DNA of 64,000 bases from an uncultured Candidatus Cloacimonadota bacterium (GTDB taxonomy: Bacteria > Cloacimonadota > Cloacimonadia > Cloacimonadales > TCS61), in contig CAYWJN010000001.1 in assembly GCA_964457455.1 (NCBI GenBank), positions 5,648 through 69,647 of the forward strand, in the 5' to 3' direction. A program made the translations under genes and the position numbers. The notes beneath the pieces were generated by a model. The model was not told the DNA's origin. It saw nothing but the letters and a program-made list of their open reading frames with translations, and did no database searches. Positions 33,539-43,059 of this stretch are shown one piece after another; within the stretch, counting starts at the first letter, position 1; every line of letters begins with the position of its first letter.

Positions 33539-35581
33539 ATGAGTAGAAATGGTGTATTTACAAACATACTATATCAAATACAAGGGAGTAGCCTGGTCGC
33601 GCCCACGAGAGGGGCCGTTGTTGTTGGTGTCCCATTGAGGGTATCGAAAAAAACTTATCATGGACCGATATTGGTAGGCGATCTGACTATTGACGCTACA
33701 GAAGACAATAAAATGAAATTAAATGATGCTGAGAAAATGCAGGCAAACGGTGACATGAAATTGTTCATCAGAAAAGCTGGCGAAGAGGATCCTGCTGCTA
33801 TTCAAATGTCAACAGCATATTATTTCAACACAAACCCCACTATCAGTAAAACAAATTATAATAATGATGGCATTGCGACCATAACGTTCCTCTCAACTGA
33901 TTTCTTGCGACAGATTGGCAAAAACTATGGTGGCGCTAATTTAACCTATACTATGGATGCTGGGGGTGAAATAGTTACGGTTGGAGGCTCAAACGCAACA
34001 AAATTTATGTCGCTATTAGAGGTTGGGCAATGTTTTTATCATGGAGACGATGATAAGTATTACGAGATATTGTCTATTGATGTGGGCAATAGCCAGTTTA
34101 CTCTTGTTGAGGTTGTAACAGGGGCATTGGCTGCCAGTGTGGATGATAGCATATGGTATGATTATCTTGGGTCTAACATGAATACCCCGAAAGTCAGACG
34201 TCCTGTTCTCCTTTATGATATTATAGTTCAGAAAACAGACATTAGCGGACTTTATACCATTACATCGGTTGGTGATCTCGTGGATAAGTTTGGATCGGAG
34301 AGTCTAGAAGACCCAGACAGCAATCTGGCTTTTGGTGCGTTTTTACATTTGGCCGCTAATGGTGGAGTCAATCAATTTAGGATTTATGCTATTCCTGTTG
34401 ATGGGACCGACGCATTATCAACGATATTGGCTGCTAATACAAGTTGGGTTGCTGCCCAAGAGTCAATTAATGGGGTATCAACCGCATTCTTTATAGTTCC
34501 CCTAACAGACAATGAAACGGTTTTGAGCGGATTTAAAACCTGGGCAGAGACACAGTCCGGAACAGACTATAAACGTGAGAAACAGGTATTTATTTCGGAA
34601 AAAGTAGTAAACGGGGGCAACGGACTTACCTATGGAGAAGATGGAGATGAATTTACTATCTCTGAAATTGCGGCGGCATCAGATGGATCAAAAACAGTGG
34701 TTACAATAGGGGCTGGCGAGGCCGCAGACATTAAAGCCGGAATGGTATTTTCTGCAACTTATGGCGGAATAACCGTTGAGTCTGATGTTATTGCTGTTGA
34801 TACTTCGAATGACACATTTACTGTCAATAAAGATTATGGTAGTACCTTTGGAGACCTTTCTGCGGAAGTATTATCCTGGCCACAGGATAGTCTATTCTGT
34901 GATAGTGGATATACTCCTCAAACTGATGCAGATACAGCGGTTACTGTTCCAAATGGCTATGATAGTCAGCGAGTAGTATTATGTGGTCCATATTATGCAA
35001 TGATGGGAGACACAAAACTATTTGGTTATCATATTGCTGTGATAGTGGCCGGTTATGTCTCTTCAAAAATATTGGGTTATGTATTCACTAATGATGCACT
35101 TCCTTTGATTACTTGGCTACCTACCATTAATTATTTCACAATAAATCAACTTGAGGCAATTAAAGACTCTGGGTGGTTTATGTTACACCAGGAAATGGAA
35201 GGGGCACCTATTGGTATTTATCATCAGAAAACAACCGCTCAGGCTATTCTTGAAAAAAAAGAGTTATCAATAGTAATCGTGACTGTCAGCGTTGCTCAGG
35301 CTATTAGATCAACCCTTAGACCACATGTGGCAAAAGGGGTAGATAATAGCATCTCCCACGAAGCAACTAATTCGGCTAAAAATAGGAGATATATCAAAAA
35401 ATTGAATAACGATCTAGCTACTATCAGATATAAGTTTGTTAATGAAATAGAATGTTTGGCTGACTTTAAAGTAATTGGAGTTGCTGCAAATGTGGTAAAT
35501 AGAGATCAAGTCGATAACAAGGTTGAAATAAAGCATTATTATCCAGTCAACAGAATAAACAATTATATTTATATAGTGTGA
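33539..35581 (+). CDS. tail sheath protein
   Basis: 680-aa ORF directly upstream of the tube, chaperone-frameshift and tape-measure genes, which is the classical contractile-tail order. Confidence 0.6.
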   Translation: MSRNGVFTNILYQIQGSSLVAPTRGAVVVGVPLRVSKKTYHGPILVGDLTIDATEDNKMKLNDAEKMQANGDMKLFIRKAGEEDPAAIQMSTAYYFNTNPTISKTNYNNDGIATITFLSTDFLRQIGKNYGGANLTYTMDAGGEIVTVGGSNATKFMSLLEVGQCFYHGDDDKYYEILSIDVGNSQFTLVEVVTGALAASVDDSIWYDYLGSNMNTPKVRRPVLLYDIIVQKTDISGLYTITSVGDLVDKFGSESLEDPDSNLAFGAFLHLAANGGVNQFRIYAIPVDGTDALSTILAANTSWVAAQESINGVSTAFFIVPLTDNETVLSGFKTWAETQSGTDYKREKQVFISEKVVNGGNGLTYGEDGDEFTISEIAAASDGSKTVVTIGAGEAADIKAGMVFSATYGGITVESDVIAVDTSNDTFTVNKDYGSTFGDLSAEVLSWPQDSLFCDSGYTPQTDADTAVTVPNGYDSQRVVLCGPYYAMMGDTKLFGYHIAVIVAGYVSSKILGYVFTNDALPLITWLPTINYFTINQLEAIKDSGWFMLHQEMEGAPIGIYHQKTTAQAILEKKELSIVIVTVSVAQAIRSTLRPHVAKGVDNSISHEATNSAKNRRYIKKLNNDLATIRYKFVNEIECLADFKVIGVAANVVNRDQVDNKVEIKHYYPVNRINNYIYIV

Positions 35582-35591
35582 GGGAGCAAAT

Positions 35592-36206
35592 ATGGTACCT
35601 ACATTAGATGAAAGTTTAAACCCCAACGAACCCATTGGTGGGCAAGCGAACTCCATAGAATTCATCGGGGGCGATGGTATTATCGTCGCTCCCGGTCCTG
35701 CTTTGCTTGCAAATATGTCAACCTATGGTTATGGAGTAATAGACTTAAAACCTATTGGGTTATTGCAAGGGTTGGATGTCAACACATTTAAAAGAGTCAA
35801 TAAAACAAGTGAGCTTGGCACACATGCTCGATACAACACAACAAGTAGGGGCGACAAGGTTATTGCCATACCGCGGATAATAACCAAACAGAGCAATCTC
35901 TTGAAAGCGATGTATAACTTTTTGTTAGATGTTGAACATGGTGAAAATTCTGACGAGCCATGGACAGTAGAGACGGGAGATTATCCGTATGGAAATATCT
36001 GGAAAAACATTGACCATCCATTATTCAAAAAACCCACAGGTTTACTTATTGAGATGATGAACGGCAAAAGAGAATTGTTGATGCTAGCCTATTTGGAAAA
36101 CGTATTAATCCAGCAAATGAGCGATGTTGTGGCAGAAGGACAAAGAGGCCTAGCCGAAAATGTTGTGATCAAGTGGGCAAAAACAAGATATTTGCCAATA
36201 ACATAG
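35592..36206 (+). CDS. tail tube protein
   Basis: 204-aa ORF after the sheath gene. It is a paralog of the next ORF. Confidence 0.55.
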   Translation: MVPTLDESLNPNEPIGGQANSIEFIGGDGIIVAPGPALLANMSTYGYGVIDLKPIGLLQGLDVNTFKRVNKTSELGTHARYNTTSRGDKVIAIPRIITKQSNLLKAMYNFLLDVEHGENSDEPWTVETGDYPYGNIWKNIDHPLFKKPTGLLIEMMNGKRELLMLAYLENVLIQQMSDVVAEGQRGLAENVVIKWAKTRYLPIT

Positions 36207-36216
36207 GAGAAACAAT

Positions 36217-36807
36217 ATGAAAACAGTGCAGGAAGTAATAGATAATCCTACATATCCTATTATAGAAGGCTTGATCAGTCCAAATTTATTAAGTGGTGAT
36301 GAAGTTATGTTGGCCGTCGCTGATCCCCAGGAAAACGACGGTGATCCACTTCTTTCGGATTATCATATCATTGGAATGATATCAACTCAACAGTGGACTG
36401 CAGGTCGTGGAGTAACAACCGTTGGGGAGATTGGTTCAAAGGCTTTGTATACTTTGTTAACCGATGGAGACGAGAGATTGGCTGTTAATCGATTAATATT
36501 ATTCAAGGACCTATTAAAATCAATTTACGATGTATTGGAATATGATGGAGAACTAACTAATACGCAGATATTTCTTGATTTAGACAGCGATCTATTTGAT
36601 AGACCAGTTAATTTAATGTTGATTTTCTTCGAAAATAATGCTGACAATAACTATTTAACGGGAAGATCAATAGCGCAGTTATTGCGACTTAAAAATGCTA
36701 TTCCCGAAAGAGCGAGTATGGGCTTCAAGGCTGGTCAGCGAGGGGTTATGCAGTCGGCTACATTTGTCTGGGAAAAAACCGAGCCATTGCCGGTGGGGAC
36801 ACCATAA
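36217..36807 (+). CDS. tail tube paralog
   Basis: Alignable blocks with 35592-36206: GEIGSKALYTLLTDGDERLAVNRL versus SELGTHARYNTTSRGDKVIAIPRI, and FVWEKTEPLP versus IKWAKTRYLP. Confidence 0.5.
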   Translation: MKTVQEVIDNPTYPIIEGLISPNLLSGDEVMLAVADPQENDGDPLLSDYHIIGMISTQQWTAGRGVTTVGEIGSKALYTLLTDGDERLAVNRLILFKDLLKSIYDVLEYDGELTNTQIFLDLDSDLFDRPVNLMLIFFENNADNNYLTGRSIAQLLRLKNAIPERASMGFKAGQRGVMQSATFVWEKTEPLPVGTP

Positions 36808-36824
36808 TAACAGGAGAATAATAT

Positions 36825-37310
36825 ATGGATATTGACAAAATAAAGAAAGACAAAGAGCGAGATCAGAAGAAAATAAAAAGTATAGATAATACCACGGCAA
36901 AAGAGAAAGAACAGGGAGAAATTAATAGAATTATTGACTGTGAGATAAGTGGAAAGCCGATTGAAGTAGACCATACGATATGCAACGGCAAAATATTCTT
37001 TACATTGAGGGAGATAACTTCGAAGATGGCACTGCGATGCGAAGGGCTGATATTCAGGGAGCCAGTTATTGGAACGATACCATCAATAACTAACCAGATT
37101 TCAGTGGCAGCTTATCTGGCCAAATATAACGATAAAGATTTTGTTGCGAGCCAGGGAAATAAATTTGAACAGGAAGAAGGATTAAAAGAACGCATAGAAT
37201 TCGTTTCCAAAATGAAGTTTAATATTCGCAATATAATTCTTGAGAAGAAAGGAGAGTTTCAAGAATTACTAAAAAAAGCATTTTCATCTGATAACTTAAA
37301 AAATTTATAA
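36825..37310 (+). CDS. tail assembly chaperone (G-like, zero-frame product)
   Basis: Lies between the tube and tape-measure genes. It ends 4 nt after a slippery heptamer. Confidence 0.6.
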   Translation: MDIDKIKKDKERDQKKIKSIDNTTAKEKEQGEINRIIDCEISGKPIEVDHTICNGKIFFTLREITSKMALRCEGLIFREPVIGTIPSITNQISVAAYLAKYNDKDFVASQGNKFEQEEGLKERIEFVSKMKFNIRNIILEKKGEFQELLKKAFSSDNLKNL

Positions 37311-37364
37311 GCACTCCCGCAGGCTGGGCGCGGGTAAAAATGTTATCAATTTCTCCGGGAGTGC
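37298..37364 (+). promoter_or_regulatory. programmed -1 ribosomal frameshift cassette
   Basis: Slippery A_AAA_AAT at 37298-37304 in the zero frame (TTA AAA AAT), then a 6-nt spacer. The GC-rich structure is a 9-bp stem GCACTCCCG (37311-37319) / CGGGAGTGC (37356-37364), or a local CCCGC / GCGGG hairpin at 37316-37334. The -1 frame is open into ATG 37340. Confidence 0.65.
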
Positions 37365-37582
37365 AAATAAATCGAAATAGTCCAGCGTTTTATCTGCTAA
37401 AACACTTTTATGAGAAAGAGGCCTTAGCAGATATAGTTCGTGCCAGATTACCATATCTGGAAGATAGGCAAAAGGCTATAGAATTATTATCCTCGCTTAT
37501 TTACCCACCATTGGAAACAATAAAGAAAAATGAAATCAATAATTTAATGCACAAAATGAATTATTTTCTTGGAGATGAATAG
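37340..37582 (+). CDS. C-terminal extension of the frameshifted chaperone (GT-like), or an independent 80-aa ORF
   Basis: In the -1 frame relative to 36825-37310, with no intervening stop from 37304 onward. Confidence 0.55.
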   Translation: MLSISPGVQINRNSPAFYLLKHFYEKEALADIVRARLPYLEDRQKAIELLSSLIYPPLETIKKNEINNLMHKMNYFLGDE

Positions 37583-40179
37583 TGGCAAATATGGACGATG
37601 TTGTAAAAGAGTTAAGAACTGGCTTCGGATTACTGTCTAAAGATATACAGTTGTTAATTCGTTCCGGCGGAGAAGCCATGAGAATGGGGGCAACATCAGC
37701 TACTAAAATTCATGGCACCATGAGAGAAGCGATGAATATAGCTTCCGAATCACCAAGATCATTTATGCAGGAAACCTTTAGCAAACAGTTTAATCGACCA
37801 GCATTATGGTCACGAGATATTGTGGCTCTCTCTGGAGTTCAGCCAGAATATATGGATATGACACGGCGAGAAGCCGAATACTACGCAGCAAAGCATTGGG
37901 GACAAAGAGGTCAGTATCTGGCAGCAACGGGGGCCGAAATAGCCGCATGGTCAATGGGAATTGTCCCCGGGGCAATTTATTCATTTGGGGTGCGCCCTTT
38001 GATAGATAAATATATAGGCAGAAAGCATGATTGGTGGAATTTTCTTGATAGATCCGGCAAGAATAATATTCTAGCTGGACAGAGTTCAAACCGGATTACT
38101 TATACTGGGTGGGATGACTCTCAATTAACGGAATTGTCCAGATTTATGACCACATCACACCGCGGGTATGGGTTTAAACGAGATGAAGCCGATAATATCT
38201 TTAAAATGGCTGACCAGCAAGGATATTTTAAAAAGACAGGAGATGTCGAAACATTTAAGCGATCTTACAGAGAATTATTGGAGGGCGTTAAAGAAATTAT
38301 GCAGACAATGCATACTTCTTATACAGAAGCAACTCAGGTAATGTCCGATATTAGTTCAATGCAAATATCCAATCCCGCAGGGTACATCAAGGGACTTAAT
38401 GTAGCATCAGCATACTCAGGATTATCTGCACAACAATTAACCTCATGGAGCAAGGACACCGCGAGGAGAATATATTCCACTTACGGTATACCCATGTCTA
38501 CCGGAGGTGAATTGGCATTAAATATTGTTCAAGACAAGGACACTTCTGGATTAAAAAGTTGGGGATTGAATGAAATTATGTCAAATCCTATATATTTTGC
38601 TGCATTATCAGACTATAAGGACGGGGAATTAACTTTAAACGAGGAGGTCTTAAATAAGTTTTTAACTGGTCAGATAGGAGTAGGAGGACTATCTGAAAGA
38701 GCGGCAGAATATTTCCGGGGAGGCAATATTATGGATAAATATATTGCTCTACAGACAGGAATGCCCGGATTGTTAGAACAAATTGGACCCAACCGGTCTG
38801 GGGAAATTATGTCATCGCTGGCGTTGACCAAAGCGCGGATGATAGTTGACCAAATGTATCCAGATGATAGTAAAGAAAGAACTAATGCAATGCGCTTTAC
38901 TCTTGAGAATATGGGATTAAATCAGGGGCAGATCAATGCTTCAATGAAATTATATAAAGGAGAATACGATAAAAATCTTGCATTAGAACTAAAAAAGTAT
39001 AGAAAAGGGGAAAAGACTGTATGGGAAGAGTTAGACGATGTAATATTCACCCCCATAAGTAATCTTATTGAGGACGTGACAAGACCCCAAAATGAATTGT
39101 TCTCAATATTAGCAAGTGACCCAAGCAGAGCAGAACAAATGTATATTGAATTAAGGGAAAAATACGGGATAGAAAAGCCACCAAAATATCTAACATATGG
39201 AGGCGTGGGGGGTCATATGCCTTATGCGAGCATGCTGTTTGCAGCGATTCAATCTGGAGAGTATGAAGGATTAGCTGATGAGGTTATGGATAGGGTTGGT
39301 TTTGGCGATAAAGATTTCTGGCGAGCAAATAAAAAAACTATTATGCAATTGTATAAACAGGGGTATGTTCGAGATAAGGGAAACTGGTTTTCTCCATGGA
39401 GAACAAAAAAAGAAGTAACCAGGCAAGCAAAAATTCTGGAAAGATTTTCAGAGGGGATGATATCAGGGAAATATGATGACATGGGAGGAATCCTAAAAAG
39501 TAAGGATGCAGAAGCTTTATTGGGTGCGATAGGGGAGGCAAGACGCAAGGGTGAAGACGTAGATGTAGCAATGTTGTTTGGAAAATTAGGGTATTTGGAA
39601 CAAGAAGATATAACCGATGAGGATATGGCGACATTCTTGAGATCCGTCCACATGTATGCTGACATAAAGGGCGTCCATGTTGATACATCTTTCATAGGTT
39701 TGATGGGACAGTCTCCTGGTGGACTCTATGGAAAATGGGCAGGAGACTTAGAATATTTATCAAGGAGAGGTAGTAGTCGAACCAGAGAACTGTTGTCAAC
39801 ATCAGAAGGACAAAGGTTATTTACCGAAATAGCTGTTGACCTAAAAACAAAAAGCTTTCCATGGGATGAGATAAGAGCGGATGTTCATAAAGAATTTATA
39901 AAACTAACTGATAAGAGTGTTTCTCCCGGGGCACTAGATCCTCTATTTGATGATGTTAATAGTTTGTTGGTCTCACACCATGGGTCTATTACAGGCGCTC
40001 AAGCATTTTTGGACAAAAAAGACCTTGATCAAAAAGATAGAATGACAGAGGTTTCTGGAATTTACAAAGGGCAATGGGGGGATGTTATAACATTGTTCAA
40101 TAATTTATTGATAGCGGCCGAACAACATAAAACGGCGACCAGAGAAATATTAGCCGAAGTCAGAGCATGGAAGGGATAA
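37582..40179 (+). CDS. tail tape measure protein
   Basis: 865-aa ORF after the chaperone pair. GTG start overlaps the TAG stop. The sequence is helical and Gly/Ala-rich. Confidence 0.6.
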   Translation: MANMDDVVKELRTGFGLLSKDIQLLIRSGGEAMRMGATSATKIHGTMREAMNIASESPRSFMQETFSKQFNRPALWSRDIVALSGVQPEYMDMTRREAEYYAAKHWGQRGQYLAATGAEIAAWSMGIVPGAIYSFGVRPLIDKYIGRKHDWWNFLDRSGKNNILAGQSSNRITYTGWDDSQLTELSRFMTTSHRGYGFKRDEADNIFKMADQQGYFKKTGDVETFKRSYRELLEGVKEIMQTMHTSYTEATQVMSDISSMQISNPAGYIKGLNVASAYSGLSAQQLTSWSKDTARRIYSTYGIPMSTGGELALNIVQDKDTSGLKSWGLNEIMSNPIYFAALSDYKDGELTLNEEVLNKFLTGQIGVGGLSERAAEYFRGGNIMDKYIALQTGMPGLLEQIGPNRSGEIMSSLALTKARMIVDQMYPDDSKERTNAMRFTLENMGLNQGQINASMKLYKGEYDKNLALELKKYRKGEKTVWEELDDVIFTPISNLIEDVTRPQNELFSILASDPSRAEQMYIELREKYGIEKPPKYLTYGGVGGHMPYASMLFAAIQSGEYEGLADEVMDRVGFGDKDFWRANKKTIMQLYKQGYVRDKGNWFSPWRTKKEVTRQAKILERFSEGMISGKYDDMGGILKSKDAEALLGAIGEARRKGEDVDVAMLFGKLGYLEQEDITDEDMATFLRSVHMYADIKGVHVDTSFIGLMGQSPGGLYGKWAGDLEYLSRRGSSRTRELLSTSEGQRLFTEIAVDLKTKSFPWDEIRADVHKEFIKLTDKSVSPGALDPLFDDVNSLLVSHHGSITGAQAFLDKKDLDQKDRMTEVSGIYKGQWGDVITLFNNLLIAAEQHKTATREILAEVRAWKG

Positions 40180-40182
40180 ATA

Positions 40183-41118
40183 ATGGAAATATTATTCACT
40201 GATGGAGAGACAAGAAATTATCCGCGGGCAGTAATATCGGTGGGTAGATCAAATTCATCTGATTTTATATTAACATCGGTAACCCAGAAAAGATCTGAAC
40301 AAATTGCGGTCAATCATCATTATGATGATTATAAAATAGGCATTAAAAATAAGATCATAGAGCCATATAAATTTAGTGGGATTGTGATTGACACAAAAAA
40401 TACTACATGGGAGACGCAATTTATTGAGAATTATAAAAACCTCTGGAGAGCCAGCGTATGTTTGGGGTCTCAGGATAAGTCTGCACAAAGGAAGGATACA
40501 TATGTATCAGTCGTATATAAAGGCATTCAGATAAATGGTTATATGGTTGATATGTCTATCATGTCAAACAATACAGGTTTATCTTATTTTTCGTTTACTC
40601 TGATTCCCTTGGGGAATCCGGTGGAGAACTTGGCTGGCGAAATAGATTATATTGATAAGGCTGATATATCTAATGTTCAAAGAGAGGATAATAAGGCATC
40701 TATATTTATGAGTAATAAGCCCATAGAAGAACAACCAATGAGAGAGTTCTCTCTACAATCGATCAATAAATACTTCTTGGAAAAATATCAATTCACAGGT
40801 GTATATGGGGGGATTACTAGTTTTGGGAGTTATCCCGATACCTATATTTTTGGTTTAATATTACCGGATACAAAAGAGAGCGTAATAGTAGAAGGTGTTG
40901 AATATTCATGGAAGCACCTATTTAATAAATATTATCGCGAAAAATGGAGTGTAAAGAATTTATATAGGGATCAGAAAGTGCATATTGTATATAAAAACAG
41001 GGTGGCCACGGGTTATATTATGAGTTTAACGGATAATGTGAAGGCCGGGGAAACATTCTCAAGAGTAGAACTACGAATGTTGGTAAAAAGTGATTATGCT
41101 GACATGGGGGGGCATTAA
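40183..41118 (+). CDS. distal tail or baseplate protein
   Basis: Position is after the tape measure gene. Contains the 26-nt exact repeat at 40463-40488. Confidence 0.5.
   Translation: MEILFTDGETRNYPRAVISVGRSNSSDFILTSVTQKRSEQIAVNHHYDDYKIGIKNKIIEPYKFSGIVIDTKNTTWETQFIENYKNLWRASVCLGSQDKSAQRKDTYVSVVYKGIQINGYMVDMSIMSNNTGLSYFSFTLIPLGNPVENLAGEIDYIDKADISNVQREDNKASIFMSNKPIEEQPMREFSLQSINKYFLEKYQFTGVYGGITSFGSYPDTYIFGLILPDTKESVIVEGVEYSWKHLFNKYYREKWSVKNLYRDQKVHIVYKNRVATGYIMSLTDNVKAGETFSRVELRMLVKSDYADMGGH
40463..40488 (+). repeat. 26-nt exact direct repeat, copy 1 (partner 62943-62968)
   Basis: TGGGGTCTCAGGATAAGTCTGCACAA is identical at both sites and in the same codon phase. Both copies encode GSQDKSAQ. 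Confidence 0.9.
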
Positions 41119-43058
41119 TGAGAGGTGTTGATCTGAATACCGTTTGCTACTTGGAGGGAATAAAGGTCCCAATGATGAAAATAAGTATATCCATGCATGA
41201 GAATAATCTGTGTGTAGCCACAATTACCTTGCCCCAAGTGGGGAAACTGTCGGAGATCAAGGACGGTACAATCATAACGGTATTCTATTACGATTGTGAT
41301 TCAGAGGTCTACCGATTATTATTTGACGGTGTAACCACGGGTGTTACCTATAATAGGCAAAGAGACCTTAGGACGAGATCTATATTAGCCGTTGGACAGA
41401 ATAAATATCTGAACGATCTGCCATCTCAATATTTATCCGCTCTTGAGTTCGAGAATTTTTTTCAATTAGTTGGTTCATATGAATTTTATGGTATGGATGA
41501 TGCAAATATGGGGACAACCGTGATAAACAACGCTATAAAAAATGCTTTTCAGATATTTAATCTCGGAGATCCTGTTAAACTTAATGTTGTTGATTATTTT
41601 GATAAAGTTTTATCCCTATTAAAGGATTCGTGGGAATATTATTATAAAAATATCAACAAGAGACTGAAAATTAGTCGCGATCATGTTTATGTTGATGAAG
41701 ATTTGTTTAAAGAATTTTATAGGGCGGAGGGGTTGACCAACTTTCTGGAATCTACCAATATGGATGTCATATTGAACAATGAAACACCATTGGATGGTAT
41801 TTTGAGAAAACTAATGCATGTGGGATACCGCTATATCAACATTGGTTGTCCCGCCTATAATGATAAGGGAGTGGAGAAAATACTGTCTGGGCTAAAAATC
41901 CAAACAAATGATAAATCGATGGCTAAATATGTATTGCTGCCCGATATATTAAATGTCGCTCCTCCCAAATGTAATGTCTTTATTGCCGGTGATGATGTAG
42001 AATTGTTAAATGACAATATCCGGAGCACCCCCATAACGCGACTACGCCATGTCTATAAAATATTCGATAATAATCTTTTCAGTCGAGAATCGCCCGGGGA
42101 TTTAAAGGAAAATAAGTATAATCTGACAGATGAAGAATATGAATTTGGGATACGGGGAGCAATTGAGATAAAGAGTTATCTGTTTAATAGAATAATTGGA
42201 GAAGACATTCTAAAACCTGAAGAAATTGCTGAACAACAAAGCAATATTGTTTGGCAAAACCTCTGTGATTATGAATTTATGAAAAAACGATATTCACAGA
42301 ACATCCTGCAATGTTCATTTCCAGAATTACACCCCTATGGAGTAGTGGGATTTCCGAGCATTGTCTATGATGTACCACAGGATGCTGTTTATTATGGAAT
42401 ATTATCCAGCGTAAATATAATGATAGATCAGTCTGCGGGAAAAACCGGGACACAAATTGAGATGACTAATGTCAGAAAAATAACCAGTCTGACAGATATC
42501 GGTTTGATCAATCCATTTCTGGAGAGGGAAGTATTTACAAATATTAATAAGATATACGATTATTGCTACAATCCTATTCTTACTGGTTCTAAAGGGGTTG
42601 CAGCCAAAGTAGTTGAAAGCGAATATTCTCCCGGTATTTTGGGAATGATAGGTTATATTCCCATAACAGAACATTCGAATGATCTAAAACTACTAAAAAG
42701 GAGAAAACGCGAAAAAAGAACTGGCTCCGAGGTAGTAAACAGCGTTAATGCTATAAAAACAAATCATCAAGATTTATTTAAAAAAGATGGGTATTGTAAA
42801 CGAGAAATCATTACATTTGGAGAATATTTGTATTCAAGAGGACTGATAACACGAGATAATACCCCTAAGAGTATATATGAATTGAAATATAAGAAAATTA
42901 TACCCGATATGGCATCAGAAGTTACAGATCAAGTGAAAACGTTAGAAGAGCATGGAACAACTGTCGTGCCAGATGGGACGGTATTTATAACGGAGAGGCG
43001 AGATAAAATCCTGGAATTACTAGAAGAATATGGAGACGATATATTGCCAAGGAGATAA
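41118..43058 (+). CDS. baseplate hub-like protein (positional)
   Basis: 646-aa ORF with an ATGA-type overlap with the previous gene. Confidence 0.45.
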   Translation: MRGVDLNTVCYLEGIKVPMMKISISMHENNLCVATITLPQVGKLSEIKDGTIITVFYYDCDSEVYRLLFDGVTTGVTYNRQRDLRTRSILAVGQNKYLNDLPSQYLSALEFENFFQLVGSYEFYGMDDANMGTTVINNAIKNAFQIFNLGDPVKLNVVDYFDKVLSLLKDSWEYYYKNINKRLKISRDHVYVDEDLFKEFYRAEGLTNFLESTNMDVILNNETPLDGILRKLMHVGYRYINIGCPAYNDKGVEKILSGLKIQTNDKSMAKYVLLPDILNVAPPKCNVFIAGDDVELLNDNIRSTPITRLRHVYKIFDNNLFSRESPGDLKENKYNLTDEEYEFGIRGAIEIKSYLFNRIIGEDILKPEEIAEQQSNIVWQNLCDYEFMKKRYSQNILQCSFPELHPYGVVGFPSIVYDVPQDAVYYGILSSVNIMIDQSAGKTGTQIEMTNVRKITSLTDIGLINPFLEREVFTNINKIYDYCYNPILTGSKGVAAKVVESEYSPGILGMIGYIPITEHSNDLKLLKRRKREKRTGSEVVNSVNAIKTNHQDLFKKDGYCKREIITFGEYLYSRGLITRDNTPKSIYELKYKKIIPDMASEVTDQVKTLEEHGTTVVPDGTVFITERRDKILELLEEYGDDILPRR

Positions 43059-43059
43059 T

